Source of the DNA: Methylophaga sp. 41_12_T18
GTDB lineage: Bacteria; Pseudomonadota; Gammaproteobacteria; Nitrosococcales; Methylophagaceae
Direction: 5' to 3'
Assembly (NCBI GenBank): GCA_002163115.1
Contig: MAAI01000035.1
Span: 24,004-88,003, forward strand
Length of the DNA: 64,000 bases
Both the position numbers and the translations under genes were made by a program. Each line of letters starts with the position of its first letter. Within the stretch, counting starts at the first letter, position 1. The notes beneath the pieces are model-generated. The model worked only from the letters and a program-made list of their open reading frames with translations, had not been told where the DNA came from and ran no database searches. Below, piece after piece: positions 39,008-47,762 of this stretch.

Positions 39008-40060
39008 CTAACTCTTCAAAGAAGCCATATCCACAACAAAGCGATAACGTACATCGCCTGCTTCTAGTCGTTCAAACGCTTCATTCACTTGGTGGATATT
39101 GATTAGCTCAACCTCGGCTGCAATATTGTGTTGTGCACAGAATTCCAACATTTCTTGAGTTTCGGCGATGCTGCCAATATTTGAGCCGGACACACTACGA
39201 CGGCCGTTGACAATGCTAAAGGCATTCACTTCAATGGGTTCGGGCGGCAAGCCAACCACCACCACACTGCCATCGTGTTTGAGTAAGTTAAGGTAAGCAT
39301 TAATGTCATGTTTTGCTGACACGGTATCTAATATAAAGTGTAGTTTTCTAGCATAGCTTTCCATTTGTGCTTGATCTGTGGATAACACCACTTCATCAGC
39401 ACCTAGGCGTTTGGCATCTTCAAGTTTTGACTCAGACCTTGTAAACACCACCACTTCTGCACCCATGGCTTTGGCGATTTTAATTGCGACATGACCTAGG
39501 CCACCCATGCCTAAAACACCAATCTTCTTACCTGATACTTGCCAATGTTTGAGTGGCGAATAGACGGTAATGCCTGCACATAATAAAGGTGCCGCAGCCG
39601 CTAGGTTGTCAAAGCTTGGCATCTTTAAAACGTATTGTTCATTGCATACATAGCTTTCGGAAAAACCACCAAAGGTATTGCCGCCTGAGACTTTATCGGG
39701 GGAACCAAACGAGTAGGTGACACCTTCGTCACAAAACTGTTCTAAATCATCTTCACAATATTCACAGCTGTTACATGAATCAACGATACAACCTATGGCT
39801 GCAATATCACCGATTTTAAACTTAGTCACATGTTCGCCAACCGAAGTAATTTTGCCAATGATTTCATGACCAGGAACAAGAGGGTAGTCAGTATTACCCC
39901 AATCATTTTTAACGGCATGCAAATCTGAGTGACAGATACCGCAATACAAGATGTCCATTTCCACATCGTGTGCCAGTAAACTTCTGCGAGTAATTTCCAG
40001 TGCATGCATGGGCTTGTCTGAACTATCAGCACCGAAAGCTTTGGTGATTTGTGTTGTCAT
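39008..40060 (-). CDS. Zinc-dependent NAD(P) alcohol dehydrogenase (YahK / cinnamyl-ADH type)
   Basis: Start chosen at MTTQITKAFGA (ATG 40060). GICHSDLH, GHEIIGKITSVG, structural-Zn cysteines CNSCEYCEDDLEQFC, GMGGLGH. Confidence 0.9.
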   Translation of the reverse strand: MTTQITKAFGADSSDKPMHALEITRRSLLAHDVEMDILYCGICHSDLHAVKNDWGNTDYPLVPGHEIIGKITSVGEHVTKFKIGDIAAIGCIVDSCNSCEYCEDDLEQFCDEGVTYSFGSPDKVSGGNTFGGFSESYVCNEQYVLKMPSFDNLAAAAPLLCAGITVYSPLKHWQVSGKKIGVLGMGGLGHVAIKIAKAMGAEVVVFTRSESKLEDAKRLGADEVVLSTDQAQMESYARKLHFILDTVSAKHDINAYLNLLKHDGSVVVVGLPPEPIEVNAFSIVNGRRSVSGSNIGSIAETQEMLEFCAQHNIAAEVELINIHQVNEAFERLEAGDVRYRFVVDMASLKS

Positions 40061-40335
40061 GTTTTGTTCCTCACATAAAGTTACATTCATTGTACTTTGT
40101 AAAAATACGGCCTTAAATGCATAGTAATATGACTTTCATGCCTATTCCTATTTAATGGTTAGGCAGCAGGTTCAGTTAGCACCCAGCTTGATACTCAAGA
40201 TAGCTAAAGTAGCGCGACGCCTTTTAACGAGTCATTCATTCAGGACAAAAAACAGTTGGCTTTTTCTCCTTCGTCGCTTATTTTGGTTCACTATTATTTG
40301 CCTCTTCGTGAGGCCTTAGGTGGTATGAGATCTAG

Positions 40336-40671
40336 ATGAAAAATGAAATTAAATGGTTATTACCTATTTCAATAATTTCAGGCGTTATTGGCTGGGCGAC
40401 TTACGGCTTTTTAACCGAAGAAATTCTATTTTGGACATTACCTGTGTACTGTTTTTCTGCGTTAGTTGTTACCGTCAATGGTGACAATATAATTGAAGCA
40501 GGCATTATACTTTTTATAACTGGGGTTTTAGCGCTGCTGTTGCACCCATTAATATCTGAACGATATGGGTTAGTCGGCATCATTCCCAGCGTATATATCA
40601 CTTTGTTTGTTACCAAAATCACTTTTTCACTAGCGAAAATGGGTGCCTTTGGTAATGAAAAATTCACCTAA
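40336..40671 (+). CDS. Hypothetical integral membrane protein (about 4 TM)
   Basis: 111-aa ORF, hydrophobic throughout. No family recognised. Confidence 0.45.
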   Translation: MKNEIKWLLPISIISGVIGWATYGFLTEEILFWTLPVYCFSALVVTVNGDNIIEAGIILFITGVLALLLHPLISERYGLVGIIPSVYITLFVTKITFSLAKMGAFGNEKFT

Positions 40672-40700
40672 CAAACAAGCAACAACTCATGTCAGCTCAA

Positions 40701-41498
40701 CTACCAAAGATACATGCTGACTTTTTTATTCAAGATAGTGATGTCAAAACGTTCTGTGCAGGCAGTTTGTGCCACGCCATAACAAACATGTAGTGGCAAC
40801 AAATGCTCTTCTCTAGGGTGACAATAGCGTGCGCCTTCTGCTTTATCCCATGCTGAAAGTAATGCAGTGCGTTGTTGATGTTGGTAGTCAGGGTTACAAG
40901 ATATATCACGCAGCCAAGCTTCAAACTGACTGTTTAATCGAGTGGATTGTGCCGTATTGGCAGCAAAAAATGCATTCATATTATGAAATGAAAACCCCGA
41001 ACCAATGACTAAGACATTTTGCTCACTTAATGTGTGCAATGCCTTACCGATGGCTATGTGCAGATCAGCATCCATATTATTCACGAGTGATAGCTGAATA
41101 CATGGAATATCTGCGTCGGGGTACATTATTTTCAAAGGAACAAATAAACCGTGATCAAAACCTCTTGCCTCATCGAGTTTAGATGCTATCCCGTTCACAC
41201 CCAGTAATTGGTGCACTTGGCTTGCAAGCTCAGGTGCGCCATCACTGGGGTACTGGATTTGGTATGACTCTTTTGGAAAACCAAAGTAGTCGTAAATTAA
41301 GCTTGGTTTGGCTGCTGCTGTAATCGTGGCGACGGACTCTTCCCAATGGGCGCTCACCACCACAATCGCATCCGGCTTTGTTATCTTGTTGGCGATCACC
41401 TTTAAGGTATCAACCATCTGTTGATGAGCCGGATCACCCAGCAAAGGTAAAGGCCCACCACCATGAGATATAAACAATGATTTATATGCTTGTTTCAT
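40701..41498 (-). CDS. Class III extradiol dioxygenase, YgiD (4,5-DOPA dioxygenase) family
   Basis: 265 aa. LFISHGGGPLPLLGD, VVVSAHWE, GSGFSFHN and EEHLLPLHV are typical of the LigB/YgiD family. Confidence 0.85.
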   Translation of the reverse strand: MKQAYKSLFISHGGGPLPLLGDPAHQQMVDTLKVIANKITKPDAIVVVSAHWEESVATITAAAKPSLIYDYFGFPKESYQIQYPSDGAPELASQVHQLLGVNGIASKLDEARGFDHGLFVPLKIMYPDADIPCIQLSLVNNMDADLHIAIGKALHTLSEQNVLVIGSGFSFHNMNAFFAANTAQSTRLNSQFEAWLRDISCNPDYQHQQRTALLSAWDKAEGARYCHPREEHLLPLHVCYGVAQTACTERFDITILNKKVSMYLW

Positions 41499-41537
41499 CT
41501 GTGGATAACTCAGCCTATTTATTAGTCGTTAAAACGT

Positions 41538-41942
41538 TTAGCTGCGTGCATCTGCTGCTAGGGCAAACTTGCCGCTACCAATAGTGACTTGTACAACAGC
41601 GATAGCAACTAGAAATAAAGGAAACTCCCAGCCACCGCCGGCACTTGAAAATACCCAACCGTTTGCCGAATGTGCCCATGTTGCACCGATTAATACTGGA
41701 ATCACTAAGGCTGCAAATAAGCGTGTTTTTACACCTAGAATAATCGCAATACCGCCAATGGCTTCAGCTAAGAATACAAAATAAGCCAAACCACCTGGTA
41801 AGCCGATTGATTCAAAGTAGCCTGCTGTGCCGGCAAGAGTAAATACCATTAGTTTTAAATAAACGCTGTGTGCCAACAATACGCTACCTAATGACAATCT
41901 TAATACGAGTGCTGCAACGTCTGGTTTTAATAATGAAGTCAT
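41538..41942 (-). CDS. DoxX-family membrane protein
   Basis: 134 aa, 4 TM. LRLSLGSVLLAHSVYLK...FLAEAIGGIAIILGVKTRL is typical of DoxX. Confidence 0.8.
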   Translation of the reverse strand: MTSLLKPDVAALVLRLSLGSVLLAHSVYLKLMVFTLAGTAGYFESIGLPGGLAYFVFLAEAIGGIAIILGVKTRLFAALVIPVLIGATWAHSANGWVFSSAGGGWEFPLFLVAIAVVQVTIGSGKFALAADARS

Positions 41943-42050
41943 GATTCTGTCTCTGTTTTGTGAAAGTAGCTACAGTATGCGTATTGCATAGATAGAAATA
42001 AATTGGCAATATCAGCAAATCAATATTGCATAATTGCAAGCAAGGTTACT

Positions 42051-42926
42051 ATGGATTGGAATTCATTAAAGATATTTATCGCCATCACGAACTCAGGATC
42101 GCTATCTGGTGCAGCCAAAGAACTCGGTGTAAATCACTCTACGATCTTTCGTCGCTTGAATAGTTTTGAAGATGAGTTGGGTGGCCGTTTATTTGAGCGG
42201 ATTAATAATCGCTATGAATTGACGGCAATGGGAGAAGAGCTATTAGTTCAATCTCAAACGATTGCAGACTCATTTGATGATATTGATCGCCATATTGTCG
42301 GCAAAGACTTTCAACCGAAGGGCACGGTTAAAATCACTGCACCTAATAATATCGCTTATCGTTTTTTACCTCGCTATATTGCCGAGTTTAATAAAACGTA
42401 TCCTGACATTCATATTGAGTTACTTGCTAGCAACCAAGCATTTAATATGAATAACCGTGAAGCTGATATTGCCGTTCGTGCTACTCGTAGCCCTCCTGAT
42501 AACTTAATTGGTCGTAATGTGTGCACACTGAACTGGAGTGTTTTTGCCAGTAAGGCCTATAAAGATCGCTACGGTTATCCACAAACTATCGACGATTTAA
42601 AAGATCATGTTTTGATCGGTGGCGCCGGTGCCATGCAAAACTTGCCGGGCTTTATTTGGCTAGAAAAACACTTTGGCCAACAAATTAATACTCGTTGTGA
42701 TGAGTTGATGGTGATGTCGTCGTTTGCTAAGGCCGGCCAAGGTTTGGCTTTTTTGCCTAGCGATCAAGTTCGCTCCGGTTTAAAAAACCTTTTCCCATTT
42801 CCAGCTGGTCAAGAGGGCGGCTTATGGTTACTCAGCCATCCAGACTTAAGAAATGTTGAACGAATCAAGCTGGTTATTCAGCACCTGACCGAGTCATTTG
42901 CTAATGAACCACGCTTGCAGAACTAG
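42051..42926 (+). CDS. LysR-family transcriptional regulator
   Basis: Start chosen at MDWNSLKIFIAITNSGSLSGAAKELGVNHSTIFRRL (ATG 42051); the ORF-track TTG at 42003 adds 16 aa. Divergent from DoxX-YgiD. Confidence 0.88.
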   Translation: MDWNSLKIFIAITNSGSLSGAAKELGVNHSTIFRRLNSFEDELGGRLFERINNRYELTAMGEELLVQSQTIADSFDDIDRHIVGKDFQPKGTVKITAPNNIAYRFLPRYIAEFNKTYPDIHIELLASNQAFNMNNREADIAVRATRSPPDNLIGRNVCTLNWSVFASKAYKDRYGYPQTIDDLKDHVLIGGAGAMQNLPGFIWLEKHFGQQINTRCDELMVMSSFAKAGQGLAFLPSDQVRSGLKNLFPFPAGQEGGLWLLSHPDLRNVERIKLVIQHLTESFANEPRLQN

Positions 42927-43034
42927 GCTCTGACGCTTGTCGATTTCAACAGTGATGTTGATTTAGGCGTAAACTCAATTTAACTGCGGTCGCAGTGGTC
43001 AGACATTATTTTCACTTTACTGATGAGGCTTGTT

Positions 43035-43397
43035 ATGCCGAAAGTAGAGCATCGAAAATTTATTCAAAAAAATATCCACATGGCTTGTGTTGTGCAATTT
43101 CCATCAGGTAATATTTTTTATGGCCATTCTAAAAACCTGAGTCTAGAAGGGGTCACTATTGAATTAGCAGCGGCGCCGACAGGCAAGGTGAAAGTGAATG
43201 TTGGCGAGAGTGGTTTGTTAATTATGCACTTTATAAATGGTAAGGCAGATGACACGCTACGGCTGCATTGTCAGGTTAAACATATGACCGTCAACGGCAT
43301 GGCCTTATCGATACATTTTTATGAATTAAATAAGGTCGAACAATATATACTCGGTCAAATAATTGCCACTGAAAGCATAACAATAGAAGCTTTTTAA
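43035..43397 (+). CDS. PilZ-domain protein with degenerate RxxxR motif
   Basis: MPKVEHRKFIQKN... then NLSLEG ([D/N]xSxxG) about 22 aa after the Arg. The second Arg of RxxxR is Gln (RKFIQ). Confidence 0.6.
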   Translation: MPKVEHRKFIQKNIHMACVVQFPSGNIFYGHSKNLSLEGVTIELAAAPTGKVKVNVGESGLLIMHFINGKADDTLRLHCQVKHMTVNGMALSIHFYELNKVEQYILGQIIATESITIEAF

Positions 43398-43472
43398 AAA
43401 TTAAAATCATGTTTCAACCCTAGATAAATAACCAAATAACATAATTATTATAATAAGTAAGCATTCACATTC

Positions 43473-44114
43473 ATGAAAAACACTAAAACATTAGTCATTG
43501 GTGCCAACGGCCAAATTGGTAAAAAAACAGTTAAGTTATTAGCAGATACAGGCATGGCTGTTATCGCGATGATTCGAGATCAATCTCAGGCTGAATCTTT
43601 AGAATCGTTGGGCGCTGAAGTTGTTATTGCCGATCTTGAAAGCGACTTTTCCACAGCCTTGATTGGCTGTCAAAATGTCGTGTTCACAGCCGGTTCTGGA
43701 GCGAGTACGGGGTTAGATAAAACATTACTTATCGATCTCTGGGCGGCAATTAAAACTATCAATTATGCTACTGAAGCTAACGTGCAACGCTTTATCATGG
43801 TCAGTGCTCGTGGTGCAGATAACCCTGATAATGGCCCAGAACGAATTAAACCTTATCTAGTAGCCAAGCATGCTGCCGACTTTGTGTTGATGGAGAGCGA
43901 GCTTAATTACACCATTCTTCAACCAGGAAGACTGTTAAATGATGCCGGCACAGCTTTGGTTCAAACGAACAGACCCACTGAGGCGAGTGAACAGATCATT
44001 AGCCGTGATGATGTGGCCGCAGCTATTGTTCACTGCTTGACCAGTTCAACCACCGACAGACAAGTGTATGAACTTTTCAGTGGCACACAGACGATTACTG
44101 ACGCACTGTCATAA
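43473..44114 (+). CDS. NAD(P)H-binding atypical SDR (NmrA/YhfK-like oxidoreductase)
   Basis: 213 aa. TLVIGANGQIGKK Rossmann motif. Size and pattern match the NAD(P)H-binding family. Confidence 0.8.
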   Translation: MKNTKTLVIGANGQIGKKTVKLLADTGMAVIAMIRDQSQAESLESLGAEVVIADLESDFSTALIGCQNVVFTAGSGASTGLDKTLLIDLWAAIKTINYATEANVQRFIMVSARGADNPDNGPERIKPYLVAKHAADFVLMESELNYTILQPGRLLNDAGTALVQTNRPTEASEQIISRDDVAAAIVHCLTSSTTDRQVYELFSGTQTITDALS

Positions 44115-44208
44115 CTTACTTTTTTATCTAGACTAGTTCGAACTATTGTTAATAATAATTCACTAGATTAAGTGTTAGACTTTTACCAATTCAACATGGA
44201 GTTAGTTA

Positions 44209-45081
44209 ATGTCTATCAACTTAAAACCAGTTAAGTATATTGCCGCTACCTTTGCATTATTGCTGACCAGCACCAACCTGTGGGCAACAGATTGTTATGT
44301 GTTATCACCCGGCCTCGAAAGCCTGGGCGATGATTATTACAACATCGAACAGCAGCCAGCAGCTAGTCGCAGTGAACAACAGCAAATGAATCGGTTTTTT
44401 AATGACTTAAAAGGTGACTGGCAGGGGAAGTCGACACAAATAGACTGCCGAGGCCCTGATAGCAAACCACGTAAGGTCGTTAAATCATTCGAAGTTAAGG
44501 CTGAGTTCACTCAACCGTCTCATGGCTTGAACGTTAAACTTCAACGTCGTGATGCTGAACAAAAAGTGACCAAACACGACCACTTTCCGCTTTATATAGC
44601 GGCTGACTTATACACAATTGAATTTGAAGATGACCGTCCCGTTGTTATCTCCCACAAAGCGAGACGAGCAATTCAGGTACAAAAAACGACTCGATTGAAA
44701 AATTCATATAAAGAATACCAAAAGATAAAACAACAAATAGCCCGGATTAAACAACAGATTAACCAGATTATAGACGCAATTAAAGAGCTCAGAAAAGAAC
44801 TTGTAACACTGGACTCTGACTCAGAAGAGTATCAAAAGGTACAACAACGAATTACTCAAAATGAGCTGGAAGTTAATAGGCTTGAACAGGAAATCGAAAG
44901 GCTGAAACTAGCACTTGAAAACTTTGATTCTGGATCAGACAATGCAAACATAAAACAATATAGTCGTTTAGTAGAAAAAACGGTCGAGCTATCTATCAAC
45001 AATAATCAGCTCACACTCACTTTTTTACATTTTAATAACGGTATTTTTGTCGCCGAGGAAACAATCGAGCTCTATCGTTAA
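44209..45081 (+). CDS. Secreted protein of unknown function with internal coiled-coil insert
   Basis: 290 aa. Signal peptide (IAATFALLLTSTNLWA). Beta-rich N- and C-terminal parts. An ~80-aa heptad-rich middle (YKEYQKIKQQIARIKQQINQIIDAIKELRKEL...RLEQEIERLKLALENF). Confidence 0.6.
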   Translation: MSINLKPVKYIAATFALLLTSTNLWATDCYVLSPGLESLGDDYYNIEQQPAASRSEQQQMNRFFNDLKGDWQGKSTQIDCRGPDSKPRKVVKSFEVKAEFTQPSHGLNVKLQRRDAEQKVTKHDHFPLYIAADLYTIEFEDDRPVVISHKARRAIQVQKTTRLKNSYKEYQKIKQQIARIKQQINQIIDAIKELRKELVTLDSDSEEYQKVQQRITQNELEVNRLEQEIERLKLALENFDSGSDNANIKQYSRLVEKTVELSINNNQLTLTFLHFNNGIFVAEETIELYR

Positions 45082-45085
45082 TAAC

Positions 45086-45787
45086 TTAAGCGACTTTGGC
45101 AGAGCTAGTGGCAACTATTGCTTGTTGCACTAGCTTTACTCGTTCAAGTGATAACGATGCTGTTCGTTGGCGTTGCACACATAAGGCACTTCTAAAGCCT
45201 AAGTAATCGGCATTGATCAGCTTGAGTCGTTCGATATCTTCTATACGAAGTGCACCGGCCAAACCACACAACAGGTCATGCTGTTTTACCGAGCTGACGA
45301 ATTCAACTAGTTCACTATTCTGCCAATGATCGGTTAAATGTTGACCATTTTTAAATGCTGTATCAACCATTACTCCTGCAAAACCAGCTTGTTTTAACAT
45401 CGGTATGCAATTGATGCTCGGCATATGATCTGCAAATAACACAGCAATTACAGGTGTGGATAAGTTTTTGACTGTTTCAGCCAGTGCCGACAGGCAGTTA
45501 GTTAAATCATCATCAGGAAAAATGCCGATTTTGACGTAATCAACACCTGAGTCAGCCATGTTTGTTATCGCCACCGTTAATTGCTGGCTGCTCATTGGCA
45601 AGTCACCCACCGTAGCACTAGTTAAACAACGACCGTCAATGAGTCTTACAATATCAGTCACGGTGGCAACACTCAGTGCACCTAAGGCACCCTGTGATGG
45701 GTTTTTCATATCCAGAATATCTGGCAGTACGGGCAATAAAGTTTGTGCCTCTTGTAGCGATTGTACGCTGGCTAACCACTTAGACAT
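45086..45787 (-). CDS. (5-formylfuran-3-yl)methyl phosphate synthase homologue (MfnB-like, DUF556)
   Basis: 233 aa. MSKWLASVQSLQEAQTLL...DILDMKNPSQGALGAL matches the N-terminal pattern of bacterial MfnB-like proteins found in methanopterin/methanofuran gene islands. Confidence 0.75.
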   Translation of the reverse strand: MSKWLASVQSLQEAQTLLPVLPDILDMKNPSQGALGALSVATVTDIVRLIDGRCLTSATVGDLPMSSQQLTVAITNMADSGVDYVKIGIFPDDDLTNCLSALAETVKNLSTPVIAVLFADHMPSINCIPMLKQAGFAGVMVDTAFKNGQHLTDHWQNSELVEFVSSVKQHDLLCGLAGALRIEDIERLKLINADYLGFRSALCVQRQRTASLSLERVKLVQQAIVATSSAKVA

Positions 45788-46363
45788 TTATAACTCGATT
45801 CCTGCTGCTTTGATTTTATCCATCAACCAAGACCATGCTTCTAACTCTCGGTCACCAGCTGTTTTTTCAATAGCAATCGTTAAATAACCGATCTCTTGTT
45901 GAACCTTTTCTACTGGCAACATTGATAAACGACTGGTTAATACTGCCGCCTCAATCACTGCACTTTGTGCTCGGTTAAAGCCTCGGAAAGGGGCGTGTGT
46001 AACGTCATTAACAATCTTGCCGGTAAATTTGGTGCGAGGATCGCCATCAACAAAGTCGATGATCTCTAATTCAATATGCGTTAATGCTTGCTCTAAATAA
46101 CGACCTTTTATCTTGTCACAAGGCAGTGTTGGCCAGTCGCGATGACCGGTTAAAGAGCCGGCAAATACCCGTACATCGTCGGTAAAGTTAATCGTACATT
46201 GGCGATGATTCTTTAAATTCTCATAAGTTGATGATGGTTTAAATGGCTGTATAACGAAGTGACCATTCACTTCAGTTATTCCCATAGGAGCAGAGTGTGC
46301 TTCGCCATTATCAGCCATTGTTGTCACGATGACTTCATGAATTTTACTATTCAGCTGTGCCAC
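45788..46363 (-). CDS. DUF447-family (FMN-binding split-barrel-like) protein of the H4MPT gene island
   Basis: 191 aa. Abuts the MfnB-like gene and overlaps the DHPS-like gene by 17 nt. Family assignment is from sequence recollection and context. Confidence 0.6.
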   Translation of the reverse strand: MAQLNSKIHEVIVTTMADNGEAHSAPMGITEVNGHFVIQPFKPSSTYENLKNHRQCTINFTDDVRVFAGSLTGHRDWPTLPCDKIKGRYLEQALTHIELEIIDFVDGDPRTKFTGKIVNDVTHAPFRGFNRAQSAVIEAAVLTSRLSMLPVEKVQQEIGYLTIAIEKTAGDRELEAWSWLMDKIKAAGIEL

Positions 46364-47762
46364 ACTTTCTTCCTGTTGTTATGGTTGTACCTTCTGCCGT
46401 TTGCTCGGTTAAGTCTTCAGCCACTTGCGTTAACGCACAGCCCCATTCTAATTCTTCATCTTGGTTATAACGTTTACCCATTTGCCAAGCGACTTGGGCT
46501 CGAGCTAATTCAACACCTAAATAAAAGGCATGTCCAGTGTCACCTTCTTTAAGTTGTAGCTGTGGATAAAATGCAAACGGATCGGTATCAAGCATTAAAC
46601 CATCGCGGTTAAACATGTGGATACCTTGCTCAGCAATCTTAATCCGATAGTTAGGATCTTTGATGTTACTGGCTAACTCGGCAATATCATCAGCGCTATC
46701 AGGGAAGGGGCGACGCTCATGAGCGACCAGTAAATCACTGGTAAAGTCGCGCGGTAAACTACTGTCTTCGCGAGCTGCAAACATCATTCTACGGGCAATA
46801 TCAGCTTCTTTTATTGCTCGGCGTGCGTGAGGACTCACTTCGGTTGCAAGTACGTTAGTTACACCTAATTCAGAAATTATTCCAAATAACATCGCATTAA
46901 TACCACTGGTATCAGCATCTGTTAATTCAGTTAAGTTACCCACACCCATCATCATCGGTGCATCAGGATATTTTCGACGTAACTCGTGATAACGAACAAT
47001 GGAGTTGGTTAATCCAAAATGAATAGGATCTAATATCGGATCAGCAATCCACGGTCGGTTGATTTTATCCATCAACTCCATCACTCGCTCTAAAGAAGCG
47101 AGTGAACCTGATTCTGCTGGCACTAAAATAGGTATCGAATCGACTTCTTCTGCTAGGTGATAGGTTTCCTCAGTTAAGCTCAATAAGAAGTCTGCACCCG
47201 CATTACCGGCACGTTTTAAATCTGCTAACTCTAAAGAATCAACACTGACCTTAAAACCTTCGTCATGTAGTGCCACAATGGCATCTTCTAAGTGAGGAAA
47301 CTGTTCTTGTGGCAAACAACCGATATCAATAACGTCTGCGCCATTGTCTCGATAATAGCGAGCACGCTCTAATATGCCTTCAACATCTCGCTCGGGAGCA
47401 TCGACGATTTCAGCAAAGATATTGACATCATAACGGCTCAAGTCAGGTTCTTTACGGGCATGGCCGAAGTATAAAGGTAGATCTTTCACTTCTTCTGGGC
47501 CGCGTGAGACTGGCAGGCCTAATTGCTGACTTAATGCTTCTAAGTCACCTCGACAACGACCCGGCACCATGATCTCTGTGCAGTCACCAATATGCTCAGG
47601 CTTTAATCGTCGAGCAATCATCTTGTCAGTCATTAAGGCGGCAACAGATACACCTAGCTGATGGATCTGATAGTCAAAATCAATCTCACCCATCGACTTA
47701 AGTACATTGCGAAGGCTAGGCTCAGCGAGTTTACCGGTTAAAAATAATAGCTTTTTTGCCAT
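46347..47762 (-). CDS. Dihydropteroate-synthase-like pterin-binding protein (methanopterin biosynthesis type)
   Basis: 471 aa. N-terminal extra domain (MAKKLLFLTGKLAEPSL...). C-terminal pterin-binding barrel (YYRDNGADVIDIGC...). Its start overlaps the upstream stop by 1 nt. Confidence 0.75.
   Translation of the reverse strand: MAKKLLFLTGKLAEPSLRNVLKSMGEIDFDYQIHQLGVSVAALMTDKMIARRLKPEHIGDCTEIMVPGRCRGDLEALSQQLGLPVSRGPEEVKDLPLYFGHARKEPDLSRYDVNIFAEIVDAPERDVEGILERARYYRDNGADVIDIGCLPQEQFPHLEDAIVALHDEGFKVSVDSLELADLKRAGNAGADFLLSLTEETYHLAEEVDSIPILVPAESGSLASLERVMELMDKINRPWIADPILDPIHFGLTNSIVRYHELRRKYPDAPMMMGVGNLTELTDADTSGINAMLFGIISELGVTNVLATEVSPHARRAIKEADIARRMMFAAREDSSLPRDFTSDLLVAHERRPFPDSADDIAELASNIKDPNYRIKIAEQGIHMFNRDGLMLDTDPFAFYPQLQLKEGDTGHAFYLGVELARAQVAWQMGKRYNQDEELEWGCALTQVAEDLTEQTAEGTTITTGRKCGTAE

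Noticed and set aside
38903-40192. Shared 10-mer ccagcttgat on both sides of the alcohol dehydrogenase gene (38903-38912 and 40183-40192), as possible flanking repeats
   Set aside because: Similarity does not extend convincingly beyond the 10 nt. A chance match between two ~200-nt intergenic regions is not negligible.
44134-44145. Perfect 12-nt palindrome tagttcgaacta upstream of the secreted coiled-coil protein gene
   Set aside because: It could be an operator, but it is a single short palindrome in AT-rich intergenic DNA with no second copy or associated regulator. The evidence is insufficient.
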